DNA of 64,000 nucleotides, taken from Chiloscyllium plagiosum. Lineage: Eukaryota. The first letter of the stretch is position 1, and each line of letters opens with the position of its first letter. The stretch covers positions 60,922,073-60,986,072 of the forward strand of contig NC_057718.1 of assembly GCF_004010195.1 (NCBI RefSeq), read 5' to 3'. The translations under genes and the position numbers were made by a program. The notes beneath the pieces are model-generated. The model saw only the letters and a list, made by a program, of their open reading frames with translations. It was not told where the DNA came from and did not search any database. Positions 63,748-64,000 of the stretch are shown here, in pieces.

Positions 63748-64000
63748 GCAGGTTAGGAAGGCGGTGCTGGATTTGATGGATTTGACTGAGACAGGCTGTG
63801 GGGAGGGGAAATGAGGAAACTGGTGGAATCCGAGTTCATCCCTTGTGGTTGGAGGGTTCCTAGCCGGAAGATGAGGCGTTCTTGCGGAGCGTTTCAGGGA
63901 ACACCTCTGGGACACCCGGACCAACCAACCCAACCACCCTGTAGCTCAACATTTCAATTCCCCCTCCCACTCCACCAAGGATATGCAGGTCTTTGGACTC

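Larger units (their letters stand above)
63381..64000. mobile_element. Penelope-like element with internal inversion, runs off the window
   Basis: 63381-63882 matches the terminus of the 5243-6423 element (minus strand); from ~63884 the plus strand encodes AERFREHLWDTRTNQPNHPVAQHFNSPSH. Confidence 0.88.

Overview
This is eukaryotic, CpG-poor, repeat-dense DNA, almost certainly from an elasmobranch (shark or ray), inferred from HE1-type tRNA SINEs and their CR1/HER1-type partner LINEs. I recognise no host protein-coding gene, rRNA, true tRNA gene or CRISPR array. The informative ORFs are fragments of retroelement proteins: CR1 ORF1 esterase, APE endonuclease and RT, Penelope GIY-YIG, and Gypsy integrase. 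Two systems stand out. (1) A ~3.07 kb CR1-group LINE (51336-54403) has no room for ORF1, starts with a tRNA-like A/B-box head and has very few sense-strand T runs; short SINE-like derivatives join that same head directly to its 3' tail (23472-23848, 25712-25865). (2) Three or more Penelope-like element (PLE) families carry minimal type I hammerhead ribozymes. They occur as ~110-125 bp TSD-flanked mini-insertions that start at the CUGA core, and as TSD-flanked fold-back insertions. There are also several nested insertions, a Tigger-like MITE and two assembly gaps. All family names come from pattern recognition, not database searches, and boundaries are approximate unless a TSD is given.
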